From an uncultured Planctomycetaceae bacterium (GTDB lineage: Bacteria > Planctomycetota > Planctomycetia > Pirellulales > PALSA-1355): 64,000 bases of DNA. The stretch covers positions 2,080,001 through 2,144,000 of the forward strand of contig CAWAUV010000007.1 in assembly GCA_963785305.1 (NCBI GenBank). The letters are read 5' to 3'. Each line of letters opens with the position of its first letter. Position 1 is the stretch's first letter. Below are positions 21,578 through 32,288 of the stretch, one piece after another. The translations under genes and the position numbers were made by a program. The notes under the pieces were generated by a model. It saw nothing but the letters and a program-made list of their open reading frames with translations. It had not been told where the DNA came from and searched no databases.

Positions 21578-21725
21578 ATCTGTCCAGCGCAGCGTGTCTT
21601 GGCTCCACCTGCACGCACAAACGGAAGAGCCAAAATAGCTAGCATTAGTAAAACTAGGATCGCATGCTATCGATTCTTGACGAAGCATCTCCTGAAACGA
21701 TTCGTTTAATGCTCTTGTGCCTAGA

Positions 21726-23638
21726 CCTTAAACAAGCGTACGCGGTTGCGTTTTGCGGCGGTTTCGCGTGGCCGGCGGTGCGCGCGGCGTGAGCGGGCGG
21801 CGCCGGCGGGCGCGCTACTCTCGGCGGCGGGTTTTTGTTTGGCATTGGCGGTTGGCTTTCCTGGTTCGGCGTGGCGGCGGACCGGAGCGTCCGGACTCCG
21901 GCTTCAATTGATCGGCGTCAACATCGCAGGCCGTCCAGCCAGCGAAACAACACGACTTGCCAGCGATTCCAACCCAACAAACGATAGATCAATCTTCGCC
22001 CGCCACGCACGATTTGACATGGCATCCGAATGAAAGCGTTGCGGAATGTCTTGAACTCCATCTTGAGCACCGTCTTCTTTTCCTCGCGCCGCGCTTCTTG
22101 TTCGCGGCCCGGCGGCTCGGGCAAGAGCAAGGCCCACCACGCCTTCAGGTTCCAGGCCAGCGAGACCATCACCATGTAGGCCCAGTTGCTCACCAAGTTG
22201 TCGACCGGCGCGTGCAAGGCGCGCACCGCGCCTTTAAGCTGCGCGTTCAGGTTCTCTTGATCGCAGCGGTCGTTCGCCTCGAACACCACTTCGGCCGGCG
22301 TGAGCTCGCGATCGTTCGTCAAGTAGAAGAAGTAGCGATAGCTGGAAAACAGCGTCCGCTGACCTTGGTGCTCGTCGATCCACTTGCGCACCACCACCAG
22401 GCGATACACCTTCTTGCACGCCGTGGGTCGATAATCAAACTCGGCGACCTCTTCGCCCACCAGCCGCAGGTTCTTGAATTCCCGCTCGCGCACGATGCCT
22501 TCCTTAACATTGGTCGGCCGCGCGCGGTGCTTCGTCTTCACGGCATAACGCGGCGTGCGCTCGAGCGGTTGCCAGGACTTGTCCTTCAAGTCGTCGGCCA
22601 AAAGCTGCAATTTCAGCTTGGCGTCCATGCCGAACACGAATCGCACGCGCGGGTCGTCCGTCCAGCGGTCCAGATGCGTCGTCTGCGAGAAGTCGGTGTC
22701 GCCGCGGAGCAACACCTTGCGAAAGCCGCCGGCGAAGCAGACTTCCAGCGCACGATCGACTTCGGCCGCCGCCCCTTCGTGGCTGGGCCGGTTGCCCGAG
22801 CGGTTGACGATCGAGAACACTTCGCCCGTGTTGGCCAGCGACACGACCAGCGGATGATAGCCCCATTCGCCCTTGTGGGAGATGTCCATGCCCTCCTTGC
22901 ACTGGCCGCCGGTGGGCGCGAACACGCCGTCCATGTCGATGCGGGCTTGGGCGAAGAACTCGGCGGGCTGGCGAGCCCAAGCTTTATGTCGTGTTTCGTG
23001 GAAAGCTTCTTGCAGCGCGCGCACGTCGCTCGGCTTGAAACGTCGGCAGAAGTCGCCCGCCGTGGTCGGATCGGGCACGCGCCGGGCGCCGAGCGCGTCG
23101 AGATAGACTTCGTCGTTGCGGCGCAGTTCGAGGTCTTCCAAGCAATCGCCGTCGCACAAGGCGTTGAACGCTAGGTTGAGCACATGATCGCTCTCATGAT
23201 ATGGCAGATGCACCTTGAGCAGATGCAATCGCCGATCGATCGCTTCGGCCAGCCCCAGTTCTTGGACCAGCAACCGCATCGCGCCGAAGCCGCCATAAGC
23301 CATGCCTTGCGCGCGCTCCGCAAGCTCATACTTGATATTGCCGGGCCGCATGATCGGGCGCTCGCAACCCTCGCAGTTGTGCTTGTCGATGCGCCGCTCG
23401 ACCCGCCGCTTGCATGCGGCGAGACGTCGGCGTATCTTGGCCCGTGTTCTTCGGCCCTTGGCCTGCGCCCTCTGACGCTTGGCCCGCGCTCTTTGGTTCT
23501 TGGCTTTCACTCGAAATCCCTCGGTGGCCGTGGTGTTCGTGACTGGCAAAAAACACAGAATACCGCAAATCCGCCGAGGGATTTCGCTTTTTTCCAAAAA
23601 TCTCCCCGCCCACGCCTCAAAGGGATACTGGTTTAAGG
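21726..23638 (-). mobile_element. IS1380-family insertion sequence
   Basis: IRs CCTTAAAC...GTTTAAGG flanked by the direct repeat CCTAGA (21720-21725, 23639-23644). Confidence 0.9.
21918..23597 (-). CDS. IS1380-family DDE transposase
   Basis: PDPTTAGDFCRRF, IDMDG, GYHPL, LRGDTDF, RCDQEN motifs. Confidence 0.92.
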   Translation of the reverse strand: MEKSEIPRRICGILCFLPVTNTTATEGFRVKAKNQRARAKRQRAQAKGRRTRAKIRRRLAACKRRVERRIDKHNCEGCERPIMRPGNIKYELAERAQGMAYGGFGAMRLLVQELGLAEAIDRRLHLLKVHLPYHESDHVLNLAFNALCDGDCLEDLELRRNDEVYLDALGARRVPDPTTAGDFCRRFKPSDVRALQEAFHETRHKAWARQPAEFFAQARIDMDGVFAPTGGQCKEGMDISHKGEWGYHPLVVSLANTGEVFSIVNRSGNRPSHEGAAAEVDRALEVCFAGGFRKVLLRGDTDFSQTTHLDRWTDDPRVRFVFGMDAKLKLQLLADDLKDKSWQPLERTPRYAVKTKHRARPTNVKEGIVREREFKNLRLVGEEVAEFDYRPTACKKVYRLVVVRKWIDEHQGQRTLFSSYRYFFYLTNDRELTPAEVVFEANDRCDQENLNAQLKGAVRALHAPVDNLVSNWAYMVMVSLAWNLKAWWALLLPEPPGREQEARREEKKTVLKMEFKTFRNAFIRMPCQIVRGGRRLIYRLLGWNRWQVVLFRWLDGLRC

Positions 23639-23904
23639 CCTAGAAGGAAACGCACCCATTCCCAAGGTATCCTCACGTGATTTTCGACAAGTTCGGAATG
23701 CCGTCTTCAAGGAACTTGTGGATATTTAGAGGCTCGACAAAACCACTGGGAAAGGCTGGTAAAAAAGGCAGTTGCACGGGTTTTGTCAGAGCCTCTCATG
23801 TCCTCGATAAAGATTCTGTTCGCACCCGAAACGGTAACCGTTCACGCCCCGTCGAGTAGCGGGGTTGGTTTTTTGCCTGCGAGGTGGGATTTCACGGCTT
23901 GGGA

Positions 23905-25319
23905 TCAGCCGAAAAATAACTTCCCGGGAATTTGTTTCATGGGTTTGGCGGTGTAGTTTAGCAGGGGTAGCTGTTCGTCGAACTTGATCGGCATCATTTC
24001 GCGAAATGCGGTGGTTACTTTTCGCTTCAGTTGATAGTTCAACTTTCGCACTTTGTGCTAGCATTCGAATTAGCGTTTATTCGTGAGTTTTAGGCGTTTC
24101 GCGCAACGCGTGGGCATTTTTTGCGTATCACGCAACCTGCGATGACTCTCGGAAGCTCGCATAAATCTCGTAAAATCCGAGGAAATAAAAGCCTATTGCT
24201 ATCAAAAAACGCGAAACTCGAAGATAGGCCTTATCCATAATGTTCACCGAGACTTTGAGGCCGGTGCTGGTATGAGTTCGTTCGATACACTTCTTCGCCA
24301 AGTCGATGCCGCGGAGCACGATGCCCGACAGGGCGCGCGAGACGTGGGGAAACAGGCGATGCTCGATCGGATTGTACTTGGAACAGTAAGGAAGATAATG
24401 CGCCACGCGGATCGGCAGGCCGATCTGATTGGCCAGGCATTGCAGGTCTTGTTTGAAAATCCGATGCCGACAATTATTGCTACCGCCCGCGTCGCAAAAG
24501 AGCAGGATCGAAGTGGCGTGGGGATAGGTCGCTTGGCCCGTGGTTTGCCACCAGCCGAAGACGCAATCGCGGACGAACTCGCTCGTGTCGTGACTCACGC
24601 CCAGCGTGATATGGCCCAGGTTCGTGGCCAGATCGTAGATGCCATGCGGAACCAGTTGGAGTTGGCCGGGTCGCTTGAAGTCGTGGTCGAGCACGCGGTT
24701 TGGGCCGTCGGACCAAGCCCGGCCGTCGGGCTGAAACTCGCCGATCGGCTCCTTTTTCTTGGTGTCGATGCTGAGAGCCGGGTTGCCGGCGTCGAGATAC
24801 TCGGCTTTCAAGGCGGCGATTTTTTCGAATTGCTCGTCGCGAAATTCACAGACGCCGAGTGCTTTCGTTTTCTCGGGCCGTCGCAACGAGAAGCCGCCAT
24901 CGACGAGCAGTTGGCGCACCGTATCCCCGCGGATCGGCGTGCCGCGGTCGTCCAAGGCGGTGGCGATTTCGGCGGGCGTGAGATTGGTCCAGGTCACGTC
25001 CTCGCGCATCGGATCGCCCGCCGTGTGTTCGTCGACGATCTCGATCAAGTTTTCGGCGATGGCGGGGTTGCTATCAAGACAGCACTTGCGTCCCCCCTTT
25101 TTTACGCACGCGTCCGGCGGCCGGATCGCGCGGCAATTGGCCGACGTCGGCCGTCCCGCGCCGCACGGTTTTGGGATCGCAGTCGAACAGCTTGGCAATA
25201 TATTCCCCGCCGCCGCGACCCAACTTTCGCGCCTCGATTCCCGCATACCGCCGCCGATCTTTCTCGGACAACGATTGATAAAAACACTTCATCTCGTGTT
25301 CGATTTCGGGGGAATACAT
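23905..25319 (-). pseudogene. ISAzo13 (Rhodopirellula-type) transposase in two frames, MITE-interrupted
   Basis: SIDTKKKE, DAGGSN, YCSKYNPIEHRLF. Frame change at A6G6 (25092-25103). The native C-terminus YQLKRKVTTAFREMMPIKFDEQLPLLNYTAKP resumes beyond the MITE. Confidence 0.88.
24037..24223. mobile_element. 187-bp MITE, copy 2 (inverted relative to copy 1)
   Basis: TIRs GTTCAACTTTCGC...GCGAAACTCGAAG; ATA duplication at 24034-24036 and 24224-24226. Confidence 0.9.
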
Positions 25320-25435
25320 GCGCTCGGCCCTCCTATATTCCAGATCAATCCCACGGACCCAGCCCCGGCGGCTGACGACGAAAACTCAGAATAACATTTG
25401 GAAAACCTCCCGGGAAGTTATTTTTCGGGCGATCC

Positions 25436-25655
25436 TAACTTTCTCGGTGCTGATACTTTTCACCACCCCCTCGTAGATGGTGCATTTCCCATCCGTGATC
25501 TTGGTAAAAACCTGCCATCGATCATCGGGCTTTGACTCGATGGGCGCCGTGGCTTCGAACGTCACATCGCAGGGCGCTTGTTCATCGGCGTTTGAGACCT
25601 GAACAAATCCGTACATGCACAACGCAACGGCTAGATAACAGCGATTTGGAATCAT
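25436..25655 (-). pseudogene. Secreted hypothetical protein truncated by ISAzo13
   Basis: Signal-peptide-like MIPNRCYLAVALCMYGFVQVSNA; reads into the IS IR. Confidence 0.5.
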
Positions 25656-25988
25656 GGTTGCAGCTTCCTTAAAAAACGCGTTGGTTCATTGACCGACTGC
25701 CGCCATGCTGCCAATCCGGTACCTGCGAAAGCACCGGTGGTCCGCTAGCATTCACGGCGCCCGTCACGTTCATGACGAGCAACATTCCAGGAGCAGTTCT
25801 ATAGGCCGCGAATCTCGTCGGCCAGCGTGTTTCCCTGGTATTCGCATCGTGACCAACTTACGTAGTACACTCGCCGGTTTGCCAGCGCTCCCTTCTGGTA
25901 AACGAAAAAACGGCCCCGTGCGCCGAGGCGCAAACGGCGGTTACCGTATCTCGCGCGGGTGATCGCCGCGCGGATCGACGCCAGTGGC

Positions 25989-26270
25989 TCAGACCACATG
26001 CAGCGTGGGGCGGCGGCGGGCGGTGCGCACGAAGCCGACGCTCTCGAGCGCCTTGTAGACTTCTTCGAGCGTCTTTTCCCCGAAATTCGAAATGCTCAAA
26101 AGGTCTTCCCGCGTGGAATTCAGCAAGTCGTTCACAGTGAAGATGCCGCGTTCCTCGAGGCAGTTCGTGGTGCGAACCGTCAGACCGATCTCGGCGGTGC
26201 TCATCTCCAGCCGCGCGGCCATATCCTGAGCTTCGTTGCCAACCGTGGGCAAAGGAATGCGTGTCGACAT
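25989..26270 (-). CDS. Stand-alone RNA polymerase alpha C-terminal-domain protein
   Basis: LTVRTTNCLEERGI...DLL...LLSISNFGEKTLEEV matches the alpha-CTD signature. Confidence 0.88.
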   Translation of the reverse strand: MSTRIPLPTVGNEAQDMAARLEMSTAEIGLTVRTTNCLEERGIFTVNDLLNSTREDLLSISNFGEKTLEEVYKALESVGFVRTARRRPTLHVV

Positions 26271-26446
26271 GATGGGGTCCCTCCCTTGTGCAAGAAAATA
26301 AAAACGGCTCTTATCGAACCGAACATACGCCAAGCCGGGCATGCGATCCGCCCTTGCAAGCGGCCAATGCGCGGCGCCTCCCTGATGCCGCATTGACCCG
26401 GTAGCATAGCAGGGCGCCGAAAAAAATCCAACCCGACTTTTCCGAC

Positions 26447-28214
26447 TCACTGCCCCTGCATCACGCGAATCAGCTCCTGCATGCTGGTCACTCCGCGAGC
26501 CACCAGCAGCACGCCTTCGTCTTGCAAGTTGCGGTGCTTGGCTTTGCGAGCGGCGTCGCGCAGCAGCTCCAGCTTCGGTTGCTTGACGAGTATCTGCCGC
26601 ATGGGGTCGGTCACCATGAGCAACTCATAGATTCCGGTGCGTCCCACATAGCCAATGCCGCCGCAGGCCTCGCATTTGATTTCCGGATGCTTCGGATCGA
26701 TCGGCTTCGTGGGCGGACGATAAAAGGCCGGCAGCTTCGGCGGCAGGCCGAAGCGCTGTATCACTTCGGGCGGCGGCGCGTAGGCCTCCTTGCATTTTTC
26801 GCACAACTTGCGAACCAGCCGGCCGTTGACCACGGCCGTGACCGCCTTGGCATATTCGAGCGGCGGAACCTTGAGCATCAAGATTCGCAACAGCGCCTCG
26901 ACCGCTTCCTTGGCCCGGGTCGAGGTAAACACGAATCGGTCCTCGTTGAGCACCTGGCCGAACAGGATCGACGCCGATTCGGCGTTGACCATGTTGCGCA
27001 CCACGAACGCGTCGGGATACGAGAGAATCAGACTCGGCAACACGGTGGCGGGCGACTCGCCCGGCGGAGTGAATCGGGTGATGGCCACGTTCATCACATC
27101 GCGCTCCGCGCTCTCGGCCGCTTCGATCGCGACGAAATTGCGCACGAACCGATCCGTGGCGTTGATCGTCACATCGAACAGCGTGCTCAGCCCGCCGGCC
27201 GGGGGAGCGCTCGCGATCAACATGCCCTGCTTGCGGCGGAGCACTTCCGAAAGCTGCTCGATGAGCTTGGGTCGCATGCCGATCGATTCGAGACTCGTGA
27301 ACTGAAGTTTTTTGTTTTCGAGCGCCAGCAGCGCGCGTTCGCCGGTTTCGGTGCCCTGGCTGCTGAAGCGGCATTCGTACTTGTTGTTTTCCGATTCGAC
27401 GCTGATCTTGCCGGCTTGCCGCGCACGGCGCTCGGCGGGATTGAGCGCGGCGAGCGTCTTGAGCACCGCGAGCGCGGGATCGGCTTTTTCGCGCTCTTGC
27501 GAGGGCGCGGTGAGCCACACGCCATCGACCTGATGGCGCACGATTACCTTTTCGCGACCGTAGTCGAGCATGATGCCATCGGCCCGCTTGCGGAGCGCTT
27601 CGTACACGAGCTCGCGCGCGGTGACGAATCCGGGCAAATTGCGGGCCTTGAGCAGCGCGGCGTTGATGTCGCGCTCATTGGCCAGGAGCGGAGTGAATTT
27701 CACGCCGGGCCCGGCGTCGCGATCATCGACCTTTTCGGCGGCCACGGCCATGCCGATTCGGGCGGCGAGTTCCGAAATCATGCGGCGGAGGTGGGCTCGC
27801 GTGAGCAAGCGGTCGTCGGCCGGCGCGGATTTGTTGCGAATCACGACATAAGTGATTGGCGGCGCGGCGTAGGCCACGACCAGCAGCGTGTAGCCGAGGG
27901 CGAACCAGGGAATGAGAAACATCAACACAAGCGCCGCGAGGAAGCAGCCGACCAGGATGCCGTTCCATAGTTTGTAGTTCTGCGCGTGTGCGCCATGTCG
28001 CGGCTGAGCCAGTCGGTCGTGGAGATCCAGAGGGCAAACAGCAGCCAGTAGGCGCCGATTTTCCAGGGGCTGAGATAAAAGCCCGACCCGCGCGTGAAAC
28101 CGACGAACGGCGGCCACGCTCCGCCGCCCTCTTGGCGCACGCGATCTCGGGGCCCGCGGCGAGGACGAATAGCGCCACGGCGCCAAGCGCCAACAGCGGC
28201 CTGACGAAGCGCAT
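26447..28214 (-). CDS. Membrane-anchored GspE/PilB-like secretion ATPase with degenerate Walker A (frameshifts near the 5' end)
   Basis: RLVRKLCEKC, CEACGGIGYVGRTGIYELL; Walker A position reads APPAGGLST; N-terminal TM helices spread over three frames. Confidence 0.8.
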
Positions 28215-29401
28215 TACAGAATCCCGGGTGTCGAAACAGAGATGCCTTTGAGGGCCATTTTGAGAGCTTCCACGTTGGGCGAAACCTCAAGCGCCACCGA
28301 GCGATCGATCAGTTGCTTATTTACCAGGTCCACCAGGCTCATGTTGAAATCTTGCATGCCATCGCCGCCCGACATGCGAATCGCGTCGGGCAGCTTGGAG
28401 TCTTTTTCCTCGAGAATCAGCTTGCGCACCGTGGGCGTGAAGGTCATGATCTCGACCGTGGGCACGCGCGACACGCCGGGCTTGATGCTCTTGAGCAGCT
28501 TCTGCGAGACGATGCCTTTCATATTGAAGGCCATGGCGCTGCGCAGGGCCGGATGCATCTCCGGCGGGAAGAGGTCGAGAATACGCCCGATCGTGCTCGA
28601 GGCGCTCGCGGCGTGGATGGTTCCAAACACCAAGTGGCCGGTTTCGGCGGCGTGGATCGCGGTCATGAAAGTTTCGCGATCGCGCATTTCGCCCACCAAC
28701 ATCACATCGGGATCTTCGCGCACCGCGTGCTTCATGCCGATCTCGAAGTCCTTCACGTCGAGCCCGATTTCGCGCTGATTGATCAGGCACTTATCCTCGG
28801 TGAAGATGAATTCGATCGGGTCCTCGAGCGTGAGAATGTGCTTGCGATAATTGGCGTTGATCCAATTGAGCATGCAAGCGATCGTGGTGCTTTTGCCCGA
28901 ACCGGTCACGCCGGCCAGGAGCACCATGCCCTGATCGAACTTGCACAATGTCTCGATCACCGGCGGCAAGAAGAGGCCCTCGAAGGGCGGAATTTTGTTA
29001 TTCACCCGGCGGGCGACGAGGCCCACGTGCGTGAGTTGCGTGAGCAGATTGACGCGGAACCGCCACATCACGCCATCGCACTCGCAGGTGTAGGCGAAGT
29101 CGGCGCCGCCGTCGCGCTCGAAGATCTTGCGGTTGCGCTCGTTCATCATCGGAAAACAGAGCCGCATCATCTCCTCGTCGTCGATCGGCCCGCGATTCAT
29201 CGGGCGGAGCGAGCCCTTGGTGCGAATAATCGGCGGGCGCCCGACCTTGAGATGCAAGTCGCTGCCTTCGAGCTTGACGAGCGCGCGGAAGATCTTGTCG
29301 ATCTCGAGTTCCTCTTTCTTGACGAGGAACTTGGCGGCCATTTGTTCAATGGAAGTCGCCGGAATATCCTCGACCACCGGCGCCGGAGCATGGGAACCCA
29401 T
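28214..29401 (-). CDS. pilT: PilT/PilU-family type IV pilus ATPase
   Basis: GSDLHLKVG, GVTGSGKST, TLEDPIEF, AVREDPDVMLVGEMRD, AAETGHLVFGTIH. Confidence 0.92.
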   Translation of the reverse strand: MGSHAPAPVVEDIPATSIEQMAAKFLVKKEELEIDKIFRALVKLEGSDLHLKVGRPPIIRTKGSLRPMNRGPIDDEEMMRLCFPMMNERNRKIFERDGGADFAYTCECDGVMWRFRVNLLTQLTHVGLVARRVNNKIPPFEGLFLPPVIETLCKFDQGMVLLAGVTGSGKSTTIACMLNWINANYRKHILTLEDPIEFIFTEDKCLINQREIGLDVKDFEIGMKHAVREDPDVMLVGEMRDRETFMTAIHAAETGHLVFGTIHAASASSTIGRILDLFPPEMHPALRSAMAFNMKGIVSQKLLKSIKPGVSRVPTVEIMTFTPTVRKLILEEKDSKLPDAIRMSGGDGMQDFNMSLVDLVNKQLIDRSVALEVSPNVEALKMALKGISVSTPGIL

Positions 29402-29522
29402 CGTTTCGATTCCTTCACGAAATGGATGCGACGAAATTGTTCTCGACGGACCAACTCGCGGCGCGAACGGTTCGGCGAGCTTTCGCGACACGCCCGTTCG
29501 CCGGCCGCGTCGGCCCTCGCGG

Positions 29523-30307
<785 letters not shown>

Positions 30308-30453
30308 GGGCATCCGAAAACGAAAAACGGGTAGCGAGGAGCGCGCATTGCGCAAGTCACGCGGTCCGAGAAGGCGCCGACCACGCTTTTCACTGTAAAT
30401 CCCTCGCGCCGGCCGGTCAATCGGGTCGGACTGGGCAACTGGGCAACGCCGCG

Positions 30454-31020
30454 CTATTCGGCTCGCAATTGTCGTTCAAAGGCTCGCAGTTGGCTCGGCC
30501 AGGAGTTCGAGCTCGCCATTCGCTCGACGAGCGCGGGCATGGCTCGCTCCGTTTTCTCGACCAAACCGCGCGGTGGATTTCCGAAGATACCCCGTTTGAT
30601 TGCGAGTCGGTCCTTCCGCTCCCAGTCCGCCCCGTCGCCATTTTCGCGCCCAGGCAAGCCAAGCATCGGTCGACGGGCTCGGCGTCATGTAAATGGTTCG
30701 CACTGGGCTCGCCCGTGAAGCGGGCGGCAACGACGCGAGGGTCTCGGAAACGCGAGCCGAGATTTCATCTTTCCGTGAGGCATTGTCCGGCGTGGCGCCG
30801 GGCTGCGTCGGCGGCGCGTCGAGATCGAAATGAATCGCGAGCAGATCAAAATGACCGAAGTGAGCCGCCCGAGCGAAGAGCGCGGCGTCACGGCGCACAA
30901 TCTCGAAACCTCGCGACGTGAATTTCATGGGTTCGACCGCCGCGCCCGGATGCGCGGCAGGAGGAGCGCCCGCGCCACGATTTCATCCGAAGGTCCCTCG
31001 GTGGCCGGCAGCACTCGCAT
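30454..31020 (-). CDS. TOPRIM/DUF4276-like partner of the ABC ATPase (at least two frameshifts)
   Basis: Joined frames read [13 protein letters not shown]...HFDLD...STDAWL...[11 protein letters not shown]; start lies 2 nt after the ATPase stop. Confidence 0.55.
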
Positions 31021-31022
31021 CG

Positions 31023-32153
31023 TCAGCCGATCGATTCCTTGATGGCATCCTCGAGCAGGCCGGTTTCCCAAACTTCGCCCAGGGAGGTTTCGAGATCACC
31101 GGCGCCGAGTTTGAATTTCAACACTTCTTCCAGGGGCTTCGCCATGGTTCCACCGCCCGGAGCGCGGGTCACGATCCGAATTTCACTTGTTCGATCGCTC
31201 AAGTAATTGATGAATGATGGGCTATGCGTGGTGATGACGATCTGGATCGTGCCTTGCCCGTCAAGTCCGTCGTAAGCGGCTTCGGTCAGAAGTTCGATCA
31301 CATCGGCGTAGCGGGAATGATGAAAACCGCGATCGATTTCCTCGATGGCGATCGTGGCGTCGGCCTTCGTGGCATACAGCACGCACAAGAGGCCGATCAA
31401 CTGGCGATCGCCCCACGACAAATGCACCGCCGGAAAGGCCCGCTGCTGGCCCCGGTCTCGCAGACCCCAATACACTTTGCCCGACGCCGACCACAATTCG
31501 ATCGATTCCGTTTCCGGTCGAAAGCGGAAGAATCGCCGCTCGAGCATCGCAAAGCGATCAGGCAACGTATCTTTCAGCTAGGCAAGAAATCCGGCCACTC
31601 CAAAGCCATCGCGCGAGACATATTCATGTTCTGGATCGACGCCCTGTTCGATCACCGCGGGATTGAGCTCATAGCTCACGACCGATTTCATCGCCTTGGC
31701 CACGGTCGCCACTTCATCCCGCTCCGGCCCGGAAATACCGTCGCTCGGGTTCGAAATCGTTCCGGACACCGGCGAACTTTGCCAAACGAAGCTCGCGAGC
31801 ACATGCTGGTCGCTGATTCGAGTAAGTCGTTCCTCGGCCACCCGGGCGTCGCCATCGCGTTCCTTGAGCGCAATGTGGTATTTATAATCACGGCTTCCAG
31901 CTCGAAGCTGAAGGTCAACGCGCATCGTTTCGATGTTGCCAAAGCCTTTCGAGCGCTGCCAACCCAGGGACCAAGGCGGCGGACCGAATGCGCGCGAGAC
32001 GCCACCTCGGGCAAAATTGCCGATGAGCTGAAGCGCGTCGAGAATCGAAGTTTTCCCGGCGCCGTTCTTGCCGATCATGATCGTAAGCGGCGCAATGGCC
32101 ACGTCCGTATCGATGAGCGTGCGAAAACCGTGGATCTGAAGTTTTTCGAGCAT
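31023..32153 (-). CDS. AAA_21/ABC-type ATPase (frameshift near 31575)
   Basis: GKNGAGKTS, LSWGD signature, IAIEEIDRGFH, ITTHSP. Confidence 0.88.
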
Positions 32154-32288
32154 GGTTCATCGGCCCTGGCGAACGATTGCAATCGGCTCGGCGCATTCGC
32201 TATTGTGGTTGATTCATGAATTCGCGGTCAAGCCACATGGCGTGCCGTGCGATCGCGACGCCTTCGCCGCGACATGGAGCATCCGCGC

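Larger units (their letters stand above)
23902..25435 (-). mobile_element. ISAzo13-family insertion sequence, inactivated by a MITE
   Basis: IRs GGATCAGCCGAAAAATAACTTCCCGGGA and (rc) GGATCGCCCGAAAAATAACTTCCCGGGA. Confidence 0.88.

Noticed and set aside
25656..25988. tRNA or att site at the island boundary
   Set aside because: No cloverleaf, integrase or flanking direct repeat found.
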